Shown here piece by piece: positions 59,001 to 64,000 of a DNA stretch of 64,000 bases; position 1 is the first letter of the stretch, and each line of letters begins with the position of its first letter. The notes below the pieces were generated by a model. The model worked only from the letters and a program-made list of their open reading frames with translations. It was not told the origin of the DNA and ran no database searches. The stretch is taken from contig JBNRSN020000007.1 of NCBI GenBank assembly GCA_051313645.2, positions 257,548,001-257,612,000 of the forward strand. The letters are read 5' to 3'. Origin of the DNA: Centroscyllium fabricii (taxonomy: Eukaryota). Made by a program: the position numbers and the translations under genes.

Positions 59001-60868
59001 TACAGTTTAAAATTACGGTACACGTAGTCCCTAACTGTGTGCATGACGGAGCAGTAGCCAGTGATGTCCGCCGTGTGGGACTTTGAAGCGAGGGAGATTT
59101 GTTAGTGCATGGGCAGGGTCTGCAGTCCGTAGCGCCGCACTGTGTCAGGATGAATGAAGCTCTCTGTGCTTCCGGTGTCGAACAAGCAGTTGTTGATATG
59201 GCCGTTAACTTTAATCCCCATCATGGAATTTGATAGGGTGTGCGGCCTAGCCTGGTCGACCGTGGCTGAGGCCGAAGTGTGTGTGCGTGTGTGGGGGCCC
59301 TCCGCTAGCTGGGGCCGTGCACAAGATGGCGGCGCCCGTGACTCGCACGCAGCCGACCGCGGTGGACAAGATGGCGGCGCCGGGGGGGTCGCACATGGCT
59401 GGCCGCTGAAGACAAGATGGCGGCGCCGGGGAGCCGCACATGGCTGGCCGCTGAAGACAAGATGGCGGCGCCCGTGATACGAACGCAGCGGGCCGCTGTG
59501 GACGTGGTGGCGGTGCCCGTGGTTTGCACGCGGCGGGCGAGTTGGCGTCGCCCGTGATTCGCATGCAGCGGGCCGCGCTGGGCGAGATGCCGGCGTTGGG
59601 GGGGTTGCCCATGGCCGGCCGCGGCCGTCTTTGGTGTGGTGGCGCCCGTACCGTGTGCGCGGCTGGCCTCTGCCGTATCAGGGTGGGGGACGGGGGCGCT
59701 TGTAATCTACCCCCGGACCGCTGCTGGGTCGCGCTGCAACTGCAGCTTACCTGAGGCCATGGGATGGCGTTGGAGCTCTCGCAGGCTGCGCTGTTGTGTC
59801 TGGAGCTGGGCGCTGGGGCCGATTTGCAGGCCCTGGCGTAATGTCCCTTTTTACTGCATTTCTCGCAGGTCGCGGTCCTCGCGGGGCATTTCACTCGCGG
59901 ATGTAGTCCCTGGCCGCAGAAGTAGCATCTTTTATCCGCCGGTGTCTTCGCAGCTGCCGCTGCCGTTGTGGGGGTCTCGACCGGTTGTGGGGCCGCCCAG
60001 GAGTCGAGGGTTGCTTGTGGGCCTTGGCCGCTATACGCCTCTAGTCTGTGGCGTGCTCCATCCACCGCGTTAGAGATGGAGATCGCCTCTTCCAGCGATA
60101 AGGTCTCTTTCTCCAGCAATCGCTGGCGGGCCTGGCCGGACCTGATCCCCGTCACGTAGGTGTCCCGAACGAGAAGATTCGTCTCCTCCTGCGCTGTCCG
60201 TGCCTGGCAGTCACAGGCCCAGGCGAGGGCTTGGAGCGCCAACAGATATTGTTCATTGGACTCACCGATCCGTTGTTGTCTGGTCGGCAGCACATGTCTG
60301 GCGTAGACCGAGTGCACCGGGCGCACGTAGCATGCCTTCAGTTTCTCTACGGCCTCTTTGTATGTTTTTGCGTCGCGGATGAAGGAGTATACCCGGCTGG
60401 AGATCCTGGACGAGAGAACGTGGAGTTTGTTCCCGTCGGTCATCGCCTTGGCGGCCTCCATGTAGGCCTCGACGAGGCTGAACCAATGTTCAAACGTATT
60501 GGCGGCGTCTGGATCCTGTGGACTGACATCCAGCTTTTTGGGTTTCACAGCGCCGCTCTCCATTTTAAATTTAAAGTGAATAAAATTGACGTATCGTCAA
60601 TGAAGCAAAGACGAGTAGTTACCTTAACTAGAGGCTATTATTCAATTTACAATGGAGCTACTCTCCAGTCGAACATTGAGTACAGAATGAATGGGGGCAG
60701 GTCAGACCCCACCTATAAGGCACTCACCTGAGGGGAGGAGTTAGAGGAGTGGCTGACCTGACCTCGCGACAGTGTCGTTATACAAAACTATGTACAATGC
60801 ACCCAGCCACTATACATGCTGGTCTGTAGTGTGCTCAACTATTTACACTGGTAATCATGATTACCACA
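56012..60868 (-). mobile_element. Full-length Gypsy element E3 (Mag-like family)
   Basis: 282-bp LTRs 60587-60868 (5') and 56012-56293 (3'); perfect TSD GTATT; PPT AAAGAAGGGGTGAA. Confidence 0.96.
56400..60563 (-). pseudogene. gag-pol of E3 with several frameshifts/stops
   Basis: MESGAVKPKKL..., CYFCGQGLHPRVKC/CEKCSKKGHYARAC, LFDTGS, YLDH, ESDASD, integrase. Confidence 0.92.
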
Positions 60869-60924
60869 GTATTAATGTATAATGTTGTAGTTTTGCTATC
60901 GCTGCTGTTTCTGCTTTGTTTCCC

Positions 60925-62452
60925 CAGTGCATGTACCCATGTGTCCTGAAGACCCACTCCGTTCCCGGTTCAATATCGCCAGTGCCCGTGTGTCCTGAAG
61001 GCCCGCTCCGTTCCTGAGTCAATATCGCCTTTGTCTGTGTGTCCTGAAGGCCCGCTCCGTTCCTGAGCCTATATCGCCAGTGCCAGTGTGTCCTGAAGGC
61101 CCGCTCCGTTCCTGAGTCAATATCGCCTTTGTCTGTGTGTCCTGAAGGCCCGCTCCGTTCCTGAGCCTATATCGCCAGTGCCAGTGTGTCCCGAAGGCCC
61201 GCTCTGTTCCCAGTTCAATATCACCAGTGCCTGTGTCCCGAAGGCCCGCTCTGTTCCTTGGCCAATATCGCCAGTGCCCATGTGTCCTGAAGGCCCGCTC
61301 CGTTCCCAGTTCAATATCGCCAGTGTCTGTGTGTCCTGAAGGCCCGCTCCGTTCCTGGGTCAATGTCGCCAGTGTCCGTGTGTTCGAAAGGCCTGCTCCG
61401 TTCCTGGGTCAATATCAAGTTCAAGTTTATTGTCACTTGTACTAAATACAATCTAGACAGTGAAATGCTTACTGCTACCCGAACGCAACTCGCAACAAGG
61501 ACATTAAGCTGCCCGGCACGCACGAGCCCGCAAGACGTCAGCCATTCTCTGGTGCCATCATCGTGGGCCCCTTTCCTGCTCCGGCCTCTCAGTACGCTGT
61601 TAATTGTCCTCTACCGCTCCTTAACTTGCTCTGCTGCTGTTCCTTCCGATGCTACTCTTGACCTGACTCCTTTCAGCCCGACACCATGCCGGCTCCCCCG
61701 AATCCACGGATTTCTGAACTTCAGGAGCAGCATCCTGAGGCCTGGCTCTCGTCCAGGCGCCATCCCGGCTCCCCCGAGCTACGAACTCCGGGCCAGAGGC
61801 CTGGGGCCTAGTCCAGCACCCGCCGGCTGCCCCGAGCTCCGAACTTCGGGCCGGAGCCCTGGGGCCTAGTCCAGCATCCTCCGCTCCCTCCGAACTCCGG
61901 GCCTGTGGCCGAGCCAGTACTCTCCGACTCCCCCGAAACCTGGGGCCTAGCACTCTGCCCGGCAACATCCTGGATCTCCCCGAGTCCTCCGAGCTCCCAG
62001 CTCTCACTCCCGTCGGCCGATTGGCGCCCCGATCCTGGGTCAATATCGCCAGTGTCCCAAAGGCCTGCTCCGTTCCCGGTTCAATATCGCCAGTGTCTGT
62101 GTGTCCCGAGGACCCGCTCCGTTCCTGGGTCAATATCGCCAGTGTCCGTGTGTTCTGAAGGCCCGCTCCGTTTCCAGTTCAATATCTCCAATGTCCGTGT
62201 GTCCCGAAGACCCGCTCCGTTCCTGGGTCAATATCGCCAGTGTCTGTGTGATCCGAAGACCCGCTCCGTTCCTGGGTCAATATCGCCAGTGGCCGTGTGT
62301 TCTGAAGGCCCGTTCTGTTTCCAGTTCAATATCGCCAGTGGCCGTGTGTTCTGAAAGCCCGCTCCGTTCCCGGGTCAATATCGCCAGTGGCCGTGTGTTC
62401 TGAAAGCCCGCTCCGTTCCCGGGTCAATATCGCCAGTGGCCGTGTGTCCCTA
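60925..62452. repeat. 49-bp minisatellite array (~18-19 units) interrupted by a retroposon
   Basis: Unit GGCCCGCTCCGTTCCTGGGTCAATATCGCCAGTGTCCGTGTGTCCTGAA; local 98-bp dimer at ~61000-61195. Confidence 0.93.
61417..62032 (-). mobile_element. Non-autonomous non-LTR retroposon (616 bp) with a 15-bp TSD
   Basis: Tail GTGACAATAAACTTGAACTT on -; TCCTGGGTCAATATC duplicated at 61402-61416 and 62033-62047; homologous to 1-516. Confidence 0.85.
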
Positions 62453-62869
62453 AGCTAACAATCAAATAAACACAGACTGTGCATGCACAACTACTTAAAC
62501 TTAGTTAACAGCAGTCACTGCCTTAAGTGAAAGTAAAAAAGTTAATGTAAAATAACAGACAGGGAAATGTTATACAAACATATTTAGCTTTTGCTCACTA
62601 ATATCAATAACTGTCATTTCAAAGCTTACAAAACAGGTACAAAATTTAAGCAGAAACACTATCAATAAACAATTAGAGGATCAGAGTGTATCTGGATTTA
62701 CATGAAGGCCCATCTTTCCCCTCGTTTGAGAATGGTTTGGCTCCCGAGTGCTACCAAGCGAAAGAAAATGACTACCAAGTAGTTCCTGTTTCTCTTCAAA
62801 TTAACGTGGTCCCCAGCATAATGTGACAGTCAAAATTCTCAGCTGCCTTGGAAAATGCATTTAAATAAG

Positions 62870-63106
62870 ATTACATCGGATATACGGCACAGAAACAGGC
62901 CATTCGGCCCAACCAGTCCATGCTGGCATTTATGTTCCACTCGAGCCTCCTCCTGTCTTTCCTCATGTCACTATCAGCATAACCCTCTGCTCCCTTCTCC
63001 CTCATATGCTTATCCAGCCTCCCCTTAAATGCATCGATACTATTCGCTTCAACCACTCCCTGGGTTAGCGAGTTCCACATTCTCACCACTCCCCAGGTAA
63101 AGAAGT
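62870..63106 (-). mobile_element. CR1 3' end
   Basis: NFFTWGVVRMWNSLTQGVVEANSIDAFKGRLDKHM. Confidence 0.85.
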
Positions 63107-64000
63107 TTGATAACACAATCAACTGTTTGTGGAGTTTGGCATTACACGAAACACATTACATTATTTATTTGGAAAGCTTTTAAAATAATGACTTAAAAAA
63201 ATAAGTAGTACCCCTGTACTCTAATAGAATTGTAAATGGCTTAAAACAGTAGGTTGTCATTGCTAAATGAAATGGAATGCATATTTCCAGCAATGGAGAG
63301 AATTTCAGAAGAAGTAATAAAAGTTTATAAACTAGTAACAACTGCCTTCTTATTCACTCTTTTGTATATTCTTTACATTCATCAATCCTTATAACTTTTC
63401 AGTTTAAATATTATAGGTCAATTTATGTCAGTTCATCCAGTGATTAGATTTGACAAGTTCCTTCAAACTGCAAGTTTCAGAAACAGATATTTTATTGCCA
63501 TGCTTTTTTATAAAATAACTTCCCACTGGAAGATGAGAGGTTTACTGTGGTTGGCATTGTGAATGTGGTTATACAAATTTTTAAGTTTTCTTGCCCTGTG
63601 GATGGCTGTTTGGACTACAGCCCTGGAGCAATGGACTGTAGAAAGCCTGAAGGGAAGCGCAATATATTTTCTTGCAGAAATGTTCAGAAGTTTGGAAGAA
63701 ATTGCAATTGTGACATTTTCTCGGAGCTTACACCTGCCATCCAAACACTGGGGTCTATTTTTACTTTTGGTTGAGTATGCTGGCCGGCAGCTCCTTCTGG
63801 AGATCCCGACCCTCATTTAAAACTGCCAGATGAGCCGCAGGGGCAAAAACAGGCACCCGATGCAGCTTACCAGAATGAGGCCTCAAAATCAGGCCAGAGT
63901 GGCTTCCGACCAGTTCTGACCTAAAATTGCAATCGGGGTCCTATTTACATCATAGGACCCCAATTTCTATATTAAAAGGGGCCTATTACCTGAAACAGGT

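Noticed and set aside
14355-60873. Sequence-specific targeting by the Mag-like family
   Set aside because: The six TSDs and flanks share no clear consensus.
60925-62452. CRISPR-like regular repeats
   Set aside because: Head-to-tail 49-bp units with no unique spacers, no cas genes, and a eukaryotic context.

Overview
Repeat-rich vertebrate genomic DNA, very likely from a cartilaginous fish (shark-type CR1 LINEs, V-SINE and Deu-domain SINEs, many PIF/Harbinger-type MITEs). It holds four complete Ty3/Gypsy proviruses. One is a young, intact CsRn1/Kabuki-type element (16672-21110; single 1264-aa ORF, tRNA-Trp PBS, 4-bp TSD). The other three are decayed members of a compact Mag-like family (29247-34084 +, 51858-55345 -, 56012-60868 -), and three solo LTRs of that family are also present. 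This family has no tRNA primer-binding site. Instead, the 13-14 nt at the PBS position are the reverse complement of the element's own LTR poly(A)-signal segment, with compensatory changes between elements. That points to tRNA-independent self-priming and/or occlusion of the 5'-LTR poly(A) signal. The family also shows a YLDN RT motif, a conserved hairpin over the PPT, and a 45-bp tandem array of YY1-type motifs in the gag-pro linker. Between the TEs lie at least six phase-concordant minus-strand exons of an unidentified host gene with premature stops (candidate pseudogene). Other items: a 74-nt templated copy of host sequence fused to a CR1 5' end, a non-coding GC-rich retroposon family, and a 49-bp minisatellite. 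All calls are by eye; no database search was run.
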